Below, piece after piece: positions 30,325 through 41,154 of a stretch of DNA of 64,000 nt (the first letter of the stretch is position 1; the number at the start of each line of letters is the position of its first letter). The translations under genes were made by a program, and so were the position numbers. Source of the stretch: Oscillospiraceae bacterium. Lineage in GTDB: Bacteria; Bacillota; Clostridia; Oscillospirales; Ruminococcaceae. The notes under the pieces were generated by a model. The model was not told the DNA's origin. It was given only the letters and a program-made list of their open reading frames with translations, and did no database searches. The stretch is from the NCBI GenBank assembly GCA_036645935.1, contig JAVXNE010000001.1:384660-448659 (forward strand), given 5' to 3'.

Positions 30325-30951
30325 TTACACGAGCTGCCCGGGCAGCTTGAGTCTTGCTTTCGGCGGGAAAAGAGCATCAAATTTCCCCGCATCTTTTTCA
30401 TCTACAAAGTATCCCGACGGCGTATGATAGGTTCCGGTTATCCCGTCTAAAAATCCGTCTTGCAGTTCCTTGAGCAGGAAGTAGGGAACGTCTGCCTCTT
30501 CTGGCTCGGCGTAGTAGTGGATGCCTCTTGTGGAGGCGACCACAAAACCGGACTTGCCATAGAAAGCAAGATTACCTTCTATGCAGAGCGCACCTACGCC
30601 CAACAGTTTTGCCCGCTCTGTGGAGTAGTCAAGCAGTGCTTTTCCATAGCCTCGGCGCTGATACGCCGGCGCAATGCTTAGGGGTCCAAATGTCATGATG
30701 GGAATTTCTCTGCCGTCGTCCGACTGTATCTTTGCCCGCACATACATCACATGTCCGATGATTTTTCCGTCTTTTTCCATGACAAAATCAAGTGGGCGCA
30801 CAAAATCTTCCCGATTGCGATATGTATGCAGAACATAGTGTTCCGAGCAACCCGGACGGTAAACATTCCAGAAAGCCTCTCGTGTTAAAGTTTCGACCAC
30901 GCGATAATCAGCCGGTGTTTCCAAACGGATAGAATATTCATTGTTTGTCAT
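30325..30951 (-). CDS. GNAT-family N-acetyltransferase
   Basis: Acetyl-CoA binding motif QRRGYGKALL; 208 aa. Confidence 0.75.
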   Translation of the reverse strand: MTNNEYSIRLETPADYRVVETLTREAFWNVYRPGCSEHYVLHTYRNREDFVRPLDFVMEKDGKIIGHVMYVRAKIQSDDGREIPIMTFGPLSIAPAYQRRGYGKALLDYSTERAKLLGVGALCIEGNLAFYGKSGFVVASTRGIHYYAEPEEADVPYFLLKELQDGFLDGITGTYHTPSGYFVDEKDAGKFDALFPPKARLKLPGQLV

Positions 30952-31247
30952 TGTTTTTTCTCCTCAAAATTGTTGACTGACAATTTGGGGAGGTTGTGCG
31001 AGATTGTTTAACGCCAACCTCCTCGTCAGCCCACAATCTCCACGGTGTTGTACTTTTTCAAACAGCAATCTCCTTAATGTATTGGTCATTCCTTCGTCCG
31101 AATGTCCGAAAGAATCACTTGTTTTTATTCTGAAAACACACAGATATCAAATAAAAGTTGCCCCTATTGCCTACCAAATAAATGTCTGCAACCGATACTT
31201 GACCCGCTGTGTTTACTCCTCATATCCCTCTAATCCGGTAAAACATC

Positions 31248-31889
31248 TTACTCGTTTTCGAGGCGTTTTGCCAAAATCAACGGCAGTGGCAGTATACAGG
31301 CAAGCGAAAGCCACGATTGCAGCACAAGCGGGATGGATAAAAACAAAGACAGTACAGAAAAATACATGAGATGCCGGACAACGCCATATAGTCCTGTATC
31401 AATGACCTGGTGATTTTTCTGCACATCGACCATACGGGAGGGGTACGCGTTCTCCCGCATCACCTCAATATAGAGTGCGCGCGAAAAAAAGATATATCAC
31501 GACAGCGATTACGGCAATTGGGCGCGGGAGATGGATCCATTGATAGCGAAAATTCAGCCCTGCGGACAGAAAGGCGGCAATCCAAATGATTGACGACCGT
31601 AGAATGGCGATTTGGGCTCTGTTTCCCGCTTTTGTGTGTGCAACCATTTTTCCAGCATCTTCGAATGCTTCGCCATAAGGCAAAGGTCAAAGCAGAGCAA
31701 GGGTACAAAAAGCAAGCCCACCCAAGAACCGGTCGTTCCAATATCAGATGCTGCCAGCAGACAGCAACAGCAGTAAAAAAACAGCTGCCAGCCCAAGGTC
31801 AAATTTGAATAATGCCCGAAAATCAGGGCTGTTTGCATATTCCCACAGCTTTTTGCGAATATTTTATCATTTTCGAGAAAACGAGTCAA
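31248..31889 (-). pseudogene. Frameshifted isoprenylcysteine carboxyl methyltransferase (ICMT / phospholipid methyltransferase) family gene
   Basis: Three consecutive minus-strand ORFs in three frames (31554-31889, 31465-31683, 31248-31463). The last carries the VIDTGLYGVVRHLMYFSVL family signature. The frame change at about 31481-31490 coincides with an A7/T7 homopolymer. Confidence 0.5.
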
Positions 31890-31928
31890 TTGCCCTGCTG
31901 CGAAAAATCAGCGGGGCAATTTCTGAGG

Positions 31929-32786
31929 TTATTTCTTATTGACTGGAATCCATATTTCGCTGTAATACTGCCCGTCCTGTACGCCGTTTTTATAATCCGC
32001 AGGGTCGCTGTACATTTCCACGTTGTATCCTGCCGCAAATTCGTAATCCTTGCAGCTGGGCAGCCATTCGGAGAAGATTTTTCGGTTTGTCTCATACATG
32101 GCCGCCGGCATGGCACCGCTGCAGGGGAACACCGCCCAGGTGAAAGCAGGAATTGTTCTTGTCACAAAGCCCTCCGGCACATCATGTTTGCCGTCGTAAT
32201 CGTCTGCCAGCAGATACTCAAACTCCTTGCCGCCCATCTCCTCGTCGATGTTAATGCCGTACATCCCACATACGGTATGATTCCCACCTGCCTGATAGTG
32301 AGCCGCCCAAAACTTCGGGATTTCCGTTGACGCATCCTCATAAGATAATTTCTTTGATGCCGCAATGACTGTAAATGCGTTCTTTTCCACAATTTTATAC
32401 TCCATGGTAACCCCACCTTTCAAAGTGAATGAAATTTTAAGAGGAGCGAAGGATTTGATGATCGCTCCGTCTTTTCGTGCAGCCGTGGGCGTGATACCAT
32501 GAAAGCGTGTGAAGGCTTTGGTGAAGCTGTCCGGGGAGTCGTAACCGTATTTGAGCGCGATGTCAATCACCTTTGCGTCGGTGGAAATTAGCTCACTGCC
32601 GGCAAGTGCCAACCTGCGCTGACGGATATAATCTCCCGCTGTAAATCCGCAGAGCATGGAAAATCCTTTTTGGAAATAAAACGGCGAAATTAGTGCATGC
32701 TTTGCAATCTGATTGATTGTCAGTTCCTCCGTTAGATTTTCCTCTATATAGCGGATTGCTTCGCTGATGTCGCCCACCCATTCCAT
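31929..32786 (-). CDS. AraC-family transcriptional regulator with a C-terminal GyrI-like effector-binding domain
   Basis: N-terminal AraC HTH pair (INQIAKHALISPFYFQKGF...YGYDSPDSFTKAFTRFHGITP) and a GyrI-like C-terminal half. The ATG at 32786 follows a perfect AGGAGG SD; the track start at 33017 is an upstream extension. Confidence 0.8.
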   Translation of the reverse strand: MEWVGDISEAIRYIEENLTEELTINQIAKHALISPFYFQKGFSMLCGFTAGDYIRQRRLALAGSELISTDAKVIDIALKYGYDSPDSFTKAFTRFHGITPTAARKDGAIIKSFAPLKISFTLKGGVTMEYKIVEKNAFTVIAASKKLSYEDASTEIPKFWAAHYQAGGNHTVCGMYGINIDEEMGGKEFEYLLADDYDGKHDVPEGFVTRTIPAFTWAVFPCSGAMPAAMYETNRKIFSEWLPSCKDYEFAAGYNVEMYSDPADYKNGVQDGQYYSEIWIPVNKK

Positions 32787-33679
32787 GGTGTTCACCTCCT
32801 CGTCTGTCTCACGTATCTTATCACTTTTAAAAAACGGATTCCCGACAGATTGTGCTTTGCTCTGTCCGAAAACGGTTTGCTTGTCAAGCGCAATCGGCGC
32901 AATGAATTGCAATGTACGCCGCCATAAAGACAGCTGTGCCGACTTCGCTATTGTCAATGCTTCCGGTAAAGCGCGCGTCTCCCGCATGCATCTGTCCGAG
33001 GCAGAAAAAAATTGCATTGATAGCGTGATCGAAATGAGAAGTACCCTACAATCTGAATTAAAAGGGCAACGTTTACAACCTCTGCACAGCTGTTATGCCG
33101 TCATATAAAAAAACCTACCTGCTTTTCAAAGATGTACGCTCTGAAGCAATCCATTTCTATTGCTGATTAAGCAATCAAGCCTATATCCACTACCAAAACA
33201 ACATATCTCGATGAAGCATAAGTAAGCTCCTGCAAATAAAATTTCCGTCATTCTGTTAACTCGTCATTTTAATGCAAATCAATTGTGTTGAGCAGCCTCT
33301 TTGCCCGCAATGGTTCCAATAATAGTACTGCTGCTCATTCGGGCATAAGTAGAAGGCAATATAGTCCATGCAGCATTCGTTAAATATGCCAAAGCTTCTG
33401 CCGAGCGTTTGTCGGCGTACGCAGTATTTTGTCTGTGCGACTCTCTAATCAAAGTGTTTAATGTTGTATCAGCCACCGCAACACAAAGAACCGTCCCTTA
33501 TGTTTTTCAAAACTTTGTTGTCGTATGTATTATGTATCAATCGATGGTGATGCGCTATCAGCAATGGGTTGTTTATTTGTCTTTTAACCCCTATGCGCGC
33601 TGATTCTTAGGTGACTTACGAGGCCCTCTTGGTTTTGATGTTGGCTTCTTTATGATACCGTTGCGAAAGTGGGTATACT

Positions 33680-33745
33680 AAAATTTCTCGAAATAAAACA
33701 ATAATCCGAGCCCATCTCCTATTTGTAGGATAACTGGGTTCGGAT
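33680..33745 (-). terminator. Hairpin terminator downstream of tRNA-Arg
   Basis: aacaatataatccgaaccca ... tgggctcggattattgtt stem on the minus-strand transcript, followed by uuauuu. Confidence 0.45.
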
Positions 33746-33755
33746 TATATTGTTT

Positions 33756-33832
33756 TGGTGCGCCAGAAGGGACTCGAACCCCCGACCTACTGGTTCGTAG
33801 CCAGTCACTCTATCCAGCTGAGCTACTGGCGC
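33756..33832 (-). tRNA. tRNA-Arg (anticodon ACG) with an encoded CCA end
   Basis: Minus-strand sequence GCGCCAGTAGCTCAGCTGGATAGAGTGACTGGCTACGAACCAGTAGGTCGGGGGTTCGAGTCCCTTCTGGCGCACCA folds as a cloverleaf with a 7-bp acceptor stem, GGTTCGAGTCC T-arm and anticodon loop CTACGAA. Confidence 0.85.
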
Positions 33833-34022
33833 ACATCGACACCGCTGTGAAACACGCACTCGCGGATACCAATTTGTATCAGCATACGCGCGTCATTCAC
33901 AGGGCGCTCGTACATAATATCACAATGAAAAAAGGCTGTCAATATCGCTGGTCTCTTTATAATGGACTTTGCCGCCGTGTTGCGATATAATTCCAGTTAC
34001 GTAGCAAGGAGGAGGGCGTCTT

Positions 34023-34733
34023 ATGCTGGGCACAATCGTTAATACAGCCGCTGTGGTCGTGGGGGCGGGCATTGGCCTTCTTGTAAAAAAGGGGATAAGC
34101 CGCGAGCTGTCTGATACCTGTATGCGCGTTATGGGGCTCGCAACCTCACTAATAGGTCTCACCAATCTGCTCCCGCTCATGCTGACGTCGGACGGGAGCG
34201 GAAAACTCGTGGCGGGCGGCGGGCTTTTACTGCTTGTCAGTCTCGTCGTCGGGACGACTGTCGGAGAGCTTCTCCGACTTGAAACCTGGGTCGAACGACT
34301 GAGTTTGTTCGCCGAACGCAGATTTAAACTTGATGGGTTCTCAAAGGGATTTGTGACCGCATCTCTGCTGTATTGTGTCGGCGCGATGGCTATAATCGGC
34401 TCTTTCAACGATGGGCTTTACGGCAACCACAGCATACTGTTTGTGAAAAGTGTGATGGATGCGATAAGCGGCTTTTTTCTCGCATCAACACTCGGGGTCG
34501 GCGTGTTGTTTGCAGCGCTGCCCGTGCTGCTCTATCAGGGGGCACTCACACTGGGAGCGGGGTTGATCGCGCCGCTGCTCTCTCAATCGGCAATGGACGA
34601 CATGTGCATGGCTGGCTTCGCGCTAATCATCGTTATCGGTCTCAACATGATGGGCATTACAAAATTCAAAACAACCAACATGCTGCCCTCGATGCTTGTG
34701 ATTTTGCTCGTTCGGCTCATTCCGTGGTTTTAG
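34023..34733 (+). CDS. DUF554-family integral membrane protein (YqgA-like)
   Basis: MLGTIVNTAAVVVGAGIGLL N-terminus characteristic of DUF554; polytopic; AGGAGG SD upstream. Confidence 0.7.
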   Translation: MLGTIVNTAAVVVGAGIGLLVKKGISRELSDTCMRVMGLATSLIGLTNLLPLMLTSDGSGKLVAGGGLLLLVSLVVGTTVGELLRLETWVERLSLFAERRFKLDGFSKGFVTASLLYCVGAMAIIGSFNDGLYGNHSILFVKSVMDAISGFFLASTLGVGVLFAALPVLLYQGALTLGAGLIAPLLSQSAMDDMCMAGFALIIVIGLNMMGITKFKTTNMLPSMLVILLVRLIPWF

Positions 34734-34745
34734 GAGATTCTGCCG

Positions 34746-35551
34746 TGAAAAATAATTTGCGTGCGTGTTACACCCCGACACGCTTCGCGTGTCTCGACGC
34801 ATTTTGGCTCAAGCTGATTGCGGTCATCGCCATGCTGTGCGATCATCTCGGTTATACCGGGCTTGCGAGCGGTGACTGGCTGCGGTTATTCGGTCGTATT
34901 GCCCTTCCTATCTACGCATTTTTACTCGTCGAAGGCTTTTTTAACACACACAATGTATCGCGCTACGCGCTGCGGCTCGCTCTATTTGCGCTGATATCTG
35001 AACTGCCATTCGACTTGATGGCGAGCTCAGGCTCGTCGCTTTTCTGTTGGGACGCGCAAAACGTGTTTTTCACGCTTCTGCTCGGTCTGCTCACGATAGC
35101 TGCACTGGATTATGTGAAGCGCACGTTCTATGATTCTCGACTTGACGCGGACATAAAATCACGCGTGCTGGGCGGTGCTTACGGACTGCTTCTTGCCATC
35201 GCTGCCGTCATTGCAGCCTGCGCACTTGCAACTGTTCTCTACACCGACTATTCATATTACGGAGTGCTGCTGATAGTCAGCTTCTACCTGCTGCGCGGCC
35301 ATCTCCTCCTCATTGCAGCGGCACAGCTTGTGATTTTCTTTCTGCTTATGCCTCACTACACCGTGAGTCTCACCCTTTTCAGCACTACGATGACTGTCGG
35401 GTTCTACGGTTTCGCCGTGTTCTCAATGATTCCGCTCGCCCTCTACAACGGAAAACGAGGGTTGCGCAATCCCGCTCTGCAATACGCATTTTATGCGTTT
35501 TATCCGCTGCATCTGCTCGTTCTCGGGATTATTGTGCGCGCCGTACGCTAA
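34746..35551 (+). CDS. TraX-family membrane protein (GTG start)
   Basis: FWLKLIAVIAMLCDHLGY is the TraX-family signature. An AGGAG SD lies 8 nt before the GTG at 34746. The track ORF at 34373 begins inside the upstream gene. Confidence 0.65.
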
Positions 35552-36089
35552 ACGTTCAGCGCGCAACAGCATGTCGCCCCATGCAGTACTCGAAATTCTC
35601 CGGGGCTCAAGGTCGTTTCGTTCCAAAGGGATCCTTTGGCAGGATTTAGCGCAGGTTCAAAAACTAAATTTTTGCTGTTCAGCCCTGAAGTTCCACTCTG
35701 AAGATTTCTTTTTGAAATTTCGCATTTGGGGTAAAAAATCAGGTGAACATAGAAAACGCTACACCCCAAATGGCGACACCCGTGTGGTAAACGGGCAAAA
35801 GCAATGCTGTTTCTTAGGCTTCGGCTGACTTGACGATAACGATGAGCCAAGGCAAGATGTCTGTGTTGGGGACATATATGAAAACGGAAATAAAATCAGC
35901 AGCATGGGCGGTGGCACCTCTGTGGATGGCGAGGGCGAGATCAATAAAATGGTGGCACTATGGCTTAGTATGTAGCGGTCAAAGGGCGTTCCCGAGCGGA
36001 ACCCTCTTTGACTTTTGTTAAACGGAGATAATCTCTTGAGCATAAAAAGGGTGGAACGATTTGTTATACCCTTGTCTATAGACAAATTA

Positions 36090-37147
36090 TCAAGATGTGT
36101 CGCAGTGAACGGTGAACGGTGTGTAACGAATCGTTACGTACCTTAACAACTGCTCAAGTGTGCCGTAAATCACGACGCACCTACTCGGCAGCTTCGCATT
36201 CCAATTTTCTTTGAATGATTGCAATCTCGTCATGAAGCCAGTCCGGCAGATCGGCATTTTCTTATTCACTGATAATCCGCTTGCGACGTCCAATCTCCAT
36301 AGGGGGTTCGTCCCCGATACGCAGAAAAATGGGACTGTCAAGGTTTACGGAAACCTCTTTCTTTTCGGTGTCGATGGTCAAAATGCACTTCGTAAAATTG
36401 TTCCTTCCAAAATTAAAGTATCTGCGTTTGCTTTTGGGGTTGGGACTGCCGCTTCTCAAAATTAGCGATAAGCTCCTCACGCAAGGGCGCCCGGATAGAC
36501 TTGACAAAATCCTGATAGGAATTCAGCTCCCGCACAGGGTCGATGTTTTCTCTTGCCGCCTGCTCTGCCTTACAAATGGCTCGTTGATTTTCCGAATGTA
36601 TCCCACCGCTTGGTTGTGCTTTAAAACATCAAGCTGGCTCGGGTACGGTCGCAGATGATTTTCAAAGGCGTTGACCTTGGTATACCATTTGTTGAATAAT
36701 TCTGTAAGAATTTCTTGCTTTTTCTGTGCTTTACTTTTTCTGTGCTTTAAATGTGCCAATGCTTTGAATCTCATTTTGCAGCTCGGTTATCTGCTGGGTT
36801 AAGCGGTGCGCCTGCCTATACAGCCAGGTTGAAATGTGCTTGCGTTCGGTAGATGCTGCCGACTGCACCCGCTCCAATATGGGAAATTGCAGTATTATGT
36901 GATCGTGAAACTTGTCCTGTCACAAAGTCAGTTTGTTGCGGTCACCCATCACCTCCTTTGCGGATAGACGCTTGTCCTTTGTCATCGGCGCAACGCACAG
37001 ATGCATGTGCGGGTTGCGCTCGTCTATGTGTACCGCCGCTGAAAACATCTTTTCCTTGCCTACTTCCTCCTTCGAAAAATCCCATGCGTGTTCAAAATAG
37101 TGACGTGTTTCCTCCCACAAAAACATCCAGTGAACACTGAACTGCAC
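36090..37147 (-). pseudogene. Decayed MobV/Pre-type mobilisation relaxase (four ORF fragments in shifting frames)
   Basis: The N-terminal fragment 36920-37147 has AAVHIDERNPHMHLCVAPM (the HxDE...PHxH relaxase motif) and RLSAKEVMGDRNKLT. Downstream fragments at 36523-36774, 36262-36507 and 36090-36341 continue in other frames. The palindrome ccccaattttgggg at 37150-37163 could be an oriT remnant. Confidence 0.45.
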
Positions 37148-37335
37148 CCCAATTTTGGGGATTGTATTTTTGCTTTCGATCGCAAATTATTGTCAATACC
37201 CTTACATTAAATTATTTATAGTCGTATCCTGTTGCGTTGCTTCTCATTTTTCTCCTCAATATATCGGCGTAGCTCCGCAATTAATGCGTTGTCCTGACAA
37301 ATATATTCAAATTGTATTGAAAAGGATGTGAGAGT

Positions 37336-38577
37336 ATGGCATATAGCGAGCTGATTAAAAATTTTGACGGCATTCGGGACTATATGCATGAATTCTATGT
37401 GTACGGTTTCAAAAACCGTGAGGAGTTCACAAAGAAGAGCGCCCGCTCTTATGACGACGAACGGCGTCGCATCGAAAGCTGGCTGGGCGATTATATGTGC
37501 TTCCGCCAGACCGCTGATGGCAAAAATGTCTTTCTATCCATCGACAGCCGAATTTCTCACCATAACCCACTCTACAAGGCATGGAAAGCGAAAAGCTTTA
37601 CCGACGGAGACATCACCCTACATTTTCTGATTTTCGATATTTTGTGTAATTCTGATACCGCACTACAGCTAAACAAAATCACGGACGAGATTGACCGGCG
37701 GCTTCTGTGCTTTGACGATCCGAAAACCTTTGATTCCTCCACTGTTCGTAAAAAGCTAAAGGAATACGTAGAGCAGGGGCTTATCTGTATGGAGAGATCC
37801 GGAAAGACGGTAGTGTACCACCGGGCGGAAATGACTAATCCGGACTGCAAAGATGCGCTGGACTTCTTTTCCGAGATCGCACCCTGCGGGGTAATTGGCT
37901 CTTTTTTGCTCGATAAAATCGATACACCTGGGGAGCACTTTGCGTTCAAGCATCACTATATCACCGGGGCGCTGGACAGTGAAATTCAATGCGCATTGTT
38001 TAAGGCAATGCATGGCAAGCAATTTGTTCAAACAGAAACCGTAAACGGACGCAAGAAACTCACCGATGCGCAGAAGATTGTTCCTTTACGCATTTTTATC
38101 AGTGTGCAGAATGGCCGCCAGTACTTGATGGCCTATGTACCCGGTAACAGACGGTTCAGTTCCATCCGGCTTGACAACATTCTGTCGGTTTTTGCGGCGG
38201 AAACTTGCGAAAACTATGATGAATATCGGCAGAAACTTGACCAAATTCAAAAGCATATTTGGGGCGTCAGCACTGAAGGCGGATCTGAGCGTCTGGAGCA
38301 TGTGGAGTTTACTGTGCGGTACCGTGACGGTGAAGAGCATATTCACCGCCGACTTGAACGGGAAAAACGCTGCGGGCAGGTTGAACGAGTTGACAATCAC
38401 ACCGACCGGTTTTTCGCCGACGTCTATGACACAGGCGAGTTGGTGCCGTGGATTCGCACCTTTATCTGCCGAATTGTCAGCATTCATTTTTCAAATCAAG
38501 AGCTGGAAGCACAGTTCAAAAATGATATTGATAAAATGTATCGCCTGTACGGACTGAGCAAAGGCGATGAAACATGA
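37336..38577 (+). CDS. WYL-domain protein with a C-terminal WCX-like extension (PafBC/BrxR-like putative ligand-sensing regulator)
   Basis: Probable wHTH segment (LKEYVEQGLICMERSGKTVVYH); WYL core YLMAYVPGNRRFSSIRLDNI; C-terminal LVPWIRTFICRIVSIH resembling WCX; 413 aa; ATGA overlap with the next gene. Confidence 0.55.
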   Translation: MAYSELIKNFDGIRDYMHEFYVYGFKNREEFTKKSARSYDDERRRIESWLGDYMCFRQTADGKNVFLSIDSRISHHNPLYKAWKAKSFTDGDITLHFLIFDILCNSDTALQLNKITDEIDRRLLCFDDPKTFDSSTVRKKLKEYVEQGLICMERSGKTVVYHRAEMTNPDCKDALDFFSEIAPCGVIGSFLLDKIDTPGEHFAFKHHYITGALDSEIQCALFKAMHGKQFVQTETVNGRKKLTDAQKIVPLRIFISVQNGRQYLMAYVPGNRRFSSIRLDNILSVFAAETCENYDEYRQKLDQIQKHIWGVSTEGGSERLEHVEFTVRYRDGEEHIHRRLEREKRCGQVERVDNHTDRFFADVYDTGELVPWIRTFICRIVSIHFSNQELEAQFKNDIDKMYRLYGLSKGDET

Positions 38578-39485
38578 TTTTCAGCGAGCTTTACAGCGCC
38601 TACTACAACACCGTTGCGGCGATTTTACAGCAAGCGACCCGGCAGCCGGTTACCAAGGAACATCTCCGAACAATTATCGAGAATCGTGCATTTTCGGAAA
38701 GCATTTTATCAATCGATCCTTCGCTCACGAGCGGAAGATGGCAACTGCTGTGGTCGGATGGGACAACACCTCTCAAGTGTCCGCCAACCATGCCGCTTAC
38801 TATTCTGCAAAAGCGCTGGTTAAAAGCGATTTCCCTTGATCCGCGCATTCGACTGTTTGATTTTGATGATTCAAGCCTTGAAGATGTGTCCCCACTGTTC
38901 ACGCCGGACGATATTTATATCTTCGACCGATATACTGACGGAGACCCCTATGAGGATGCAGTATACATACAATACTTCCGTCTGATTTTAGATGCAATCA
39001 AAAACCGCTGTCCCTTGAGCATTGATGTGAAAAATCGTCGGGAGATCCGCACACATCTGACCGTGATGCCGGAATATTTGGAATATTCCGAAAAGGATGA
39101 CAAGTTCCGGCTGGTTACCTCCGGATGTCGGTACGGAAAGGTCGTCAATCTTGGGCGAATCCTATCCTGCAAACCGTTTCAGGGAGATTATTATGGATAT
39201 TTCAAAAAAACCGTCCCCGCAAATAAATTCGTTGTGATCGAGCTGTACGACGCGCGCAACGCGCTGGAACGAGTGCTGCTTCACTTTGCCCACTTCAAAA
39301 AAGAGGCACAGCGGTTGGATGAAAATCACTACCGTATCACGATTAAGTATCAGCAGGACGATGAGACGGAGTTGGTGATCCGGGTCCTTTCCTTTGGCCC
39401 GTTCATCAGGGTGACTGAGCCGGAAAGCTTTGTGGAACTGATCACAAAGCGGCTGGAAATGCAAAAAAGCTGTGAGCTCATTTGA
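38574..39485 (+). CDS. Second WYL/WCX-domain protein (partner of the preceding gene, PafC-like)
   Basis: WYL-like FRLVTSGCRYGKVVNLGRILSC and WCX-like LVIRVLSFGPFIRVTEPESF; 303 aa. Confidence 0.5.
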   Translation: MIFSELYSAYYNTVAAILQQATRQPVTKEHLRTIIENRAFSESILSIDPSLTSGRWQLLWSDGTTPLKCPPTMPLTILQKRWLKAISLDPRIRLFDFDDSSLEDVSPLFTPDDIYIFDRYTDGDPYEDAVYIQYFRLILDAIKNRCPLSIDVKNRREIRTHLTVMPEYLEYSEKDDKFRLVTSGCRYGKVVNLGRILSCKPFQGDYYGYFKKTVPANKFVVIELYDARNALERVLLHFAHFKKEAQRLDENHYRITIKYQQDDETELVIRVLSFGPFIRVTEPESFVELITKRLEMQKSCELI

Positions 39486-39501
39486 GTTCGCAGCTTTTTT
39501 T
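39464..39501 (+). terminator. Rho-independent terminator after the WYL gene pair
   Basis: aaaaaagctg ... cagctttttt stem flanking the stop codon, followed by a T7 run. Confidence 0.5.
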
Positions 39502-39600
39502 CCGTGATAATAGAGGATGAGTTTCGTATTCTATGCTTGCAAGCTGACCTATGCGGGTGTTTGCATCTTCCTTCACCGCGGTGCACAAGGAGCTTCCAAC

Positions 39601-39745
39601 GTGTATGCCGGTTATGCTTTGCACATGGCAATCGCGAAAGCGACGGGGTTCAAATCCCTCTTATCGCAGGTTCGAATCCTGCCTTACATCACGTAATGAT
39701 GTATGCCGGTGGTTTGGCAGCCGCCAAAAGCGACACAAAAAGCAC
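39601..39745 (+). ncRNA. tRNA-like element: two tandem T-arm-like motifs (GGGGTTCAAATCCC and GCAGGTTCGAATCCTGC) flanked by a direct repeat (tgtatgccggt ... aaagcgac). Candidate tRNA-mimic or Y-RNA-like ncRNA, or a tRNA-gene remnant.
   Basis: The GGTTCGAATCC T-loop consensus appears twice in plus sense within a 480-bp ORF-free leader between the WYL terminator and the SPFH-rtcB operon. No full cloverleaf could be folded by eye. Confidence 0.3.
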
Positions 39746-39986
39746 CTTCGGGTACTGATGAAAACCGCATTCGTTATCCGGCAAAGAATGCCCAGGGCAT
39801 AATAACTCGGATGCCAAAAGTATTCCGAGCAATGCATATCCGGCTTTGTCTTGAATCGGATACCGTGCACGGGACCAAAAGACCGTGAAGCCATTCTCCG
39901 TCGATTGGATCCCTGCGCTTAAGATTTCAGCCGCCGAATAGGCATGGATGACGAATCACAACTTTTAACCTGAGGAGGTTTACCAT

Positions 39987-41093
39987 ATGAAAAAGGTTAT
40001 TATCAATGAGAACCAGAAGGGATTTCTGTTCCGGAACGGTCAACTCGTCAAGCTTCTGAATGCAGGAAAATACCATGTGTTTGGGGACAGCGAAATTGAG
40101 CTTGTCTCTCTAAAAGAGCCCTTATCCTCCACAAAATGCGAGCTGGAGACCCTGCTCGCCAACAATGAAATCGCAAAGCACACCTTGGTCTGCGACGTTG
40201 AAGATCAGCAGCTGGCGCTCCATATCGTAAACGGCAATTTTGAAGGAGTGCTGCGCCGTGGCAAATATGCTTTCTGGTCCGTCACTGACCACCACGAATA
40301 TCATCCGGTGGATATTTCAACGCCCGAAGTCGCCCCAGATGTTCCTCTGTACATATTTGCAAAACTGCCCGCCACGCTTTATACGAAGATAGAAGTGGCG
40401 CAGTATCAGAAGGCGCGGCTGTACTTTGATCAGAAGCTTGTTTGCATTCTGGATGCCGGTGTGTATTACTTCTGGAAAAATAATATCCGGATCGATGTCG
40501 GGCTTGTGGATACGAGGCTTACTCAGATGGAGATCACCGGGCAGGAGATCATGACTCAAGACAAGGTCAGCCTTCGCATCAATTTTGTGTGCAATTATCG
40601 CATAACGGATTATGTGAAGATCCTTACCGAGATCGACGACTATTCCGCGCAGATGCACGTTGCAGCACAGCTCGCCCTGCGAGACTTTGTGGGAAAGCAA
40701 AAGCTGGACGACATTCTTGCAAATAAGGATGAGATGTCAAGGTATGTCTTTGACCGGCTCAAAGCAAGAGAAAGTGAGTTCTTTGTGGAAATCACCGACG
40801 CGGGCGTGAAAGATATCATACTGCCCGGTGAGATTCGCGACATCATGAACACAGTGCTGGTGGCAGAAAAGCGCGCACAGGCCAATGTTATTACCCGCCG
40901 AGAGGAGGTCGCTTCCACCCGCTCTTTGCTTAATACCGCCAAGCTGATGGAGGAGAACCAAACTCTTTACAAGCTCAAGGAACTCGAGCATATCGAACAC
41001 ATCTGCGAGAATGTGGGAAACATAAACCTGAACGGAAACGGAGATGTTCTGTCCCAGCTCATGAGCCTGATACATGCGGGTTCACCCTTCTGA
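39987..41093 (+). CDS. SPFH/Band-7 (stomatin/flotillin-like) domain protein with an N-terminal domain of about 180 aa of unknown function
   Basis: SPFH core (QEIMTQDKVSLRINFVCNYRITD ... PGEIRDIMNTVLVAEKRAQANVITRREEVASTRSL); strong GAGGAGG SD. Confidence 0.75.
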   Translation: MKKVIINENQKGFLFRNGQLVKLLNAGKYHVFGDSEIELVSLKEPLSSTKCELETLLANNEIAKHTLVCDVEDQQLALHIVNGNFEGVLRRGKYAFWSVTDHHEYHPVDISTPEVAPDVPLYIFAKLPATLYTKIEVAQYQKARLYFDQKLVCILDAGVYYFWKNNIRIDVGLVDTRLTQMEITGQEIMTQDKVSLRINFVCNYRITDYVKILTEIDDYSAQMHVAAQLALRDFVGKQKLDDILANKDEMSRYVFDRLKARESEFFVEITDAGVKDIILPGEIRDIMNTVLVAEKRAQANVITRREEVASTRSLLNTAKLMEENQTLYKLKELEHIEHICENVGNINLNGNGDVLSQLMSLIHAGSPF

Positions 41094-41154
41094 CCGATGG
41101 CGACGGAACCGCGTCAGTTGTGCGCTCTGCCTCAAATAGAAAGGGAACAAAATT

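Noticed and set aside
32767-33108. 113-aa plus-strand ORF
   Set aside because: It is antisense to the N-terminal extension of the AraC/GyrI-like gene and has no signal.
33920-34408. 162-aa minus-strand ORF
   Set aside because: It overlaps the DUF554 membrane-protein gene, which has a strong AGGAGG SD and a family-typical N-terminus.
39640-39690. tRNA-like segment as a duplicated att copy of the tRNA-Arg 3' end
   Set aside because: Its sequence and orientation differ from tRNA-Arg (GGTTCGAGTCC on the minus strand versus GGTTCGAATCC and GGTTCAAATCC on the plus strand).
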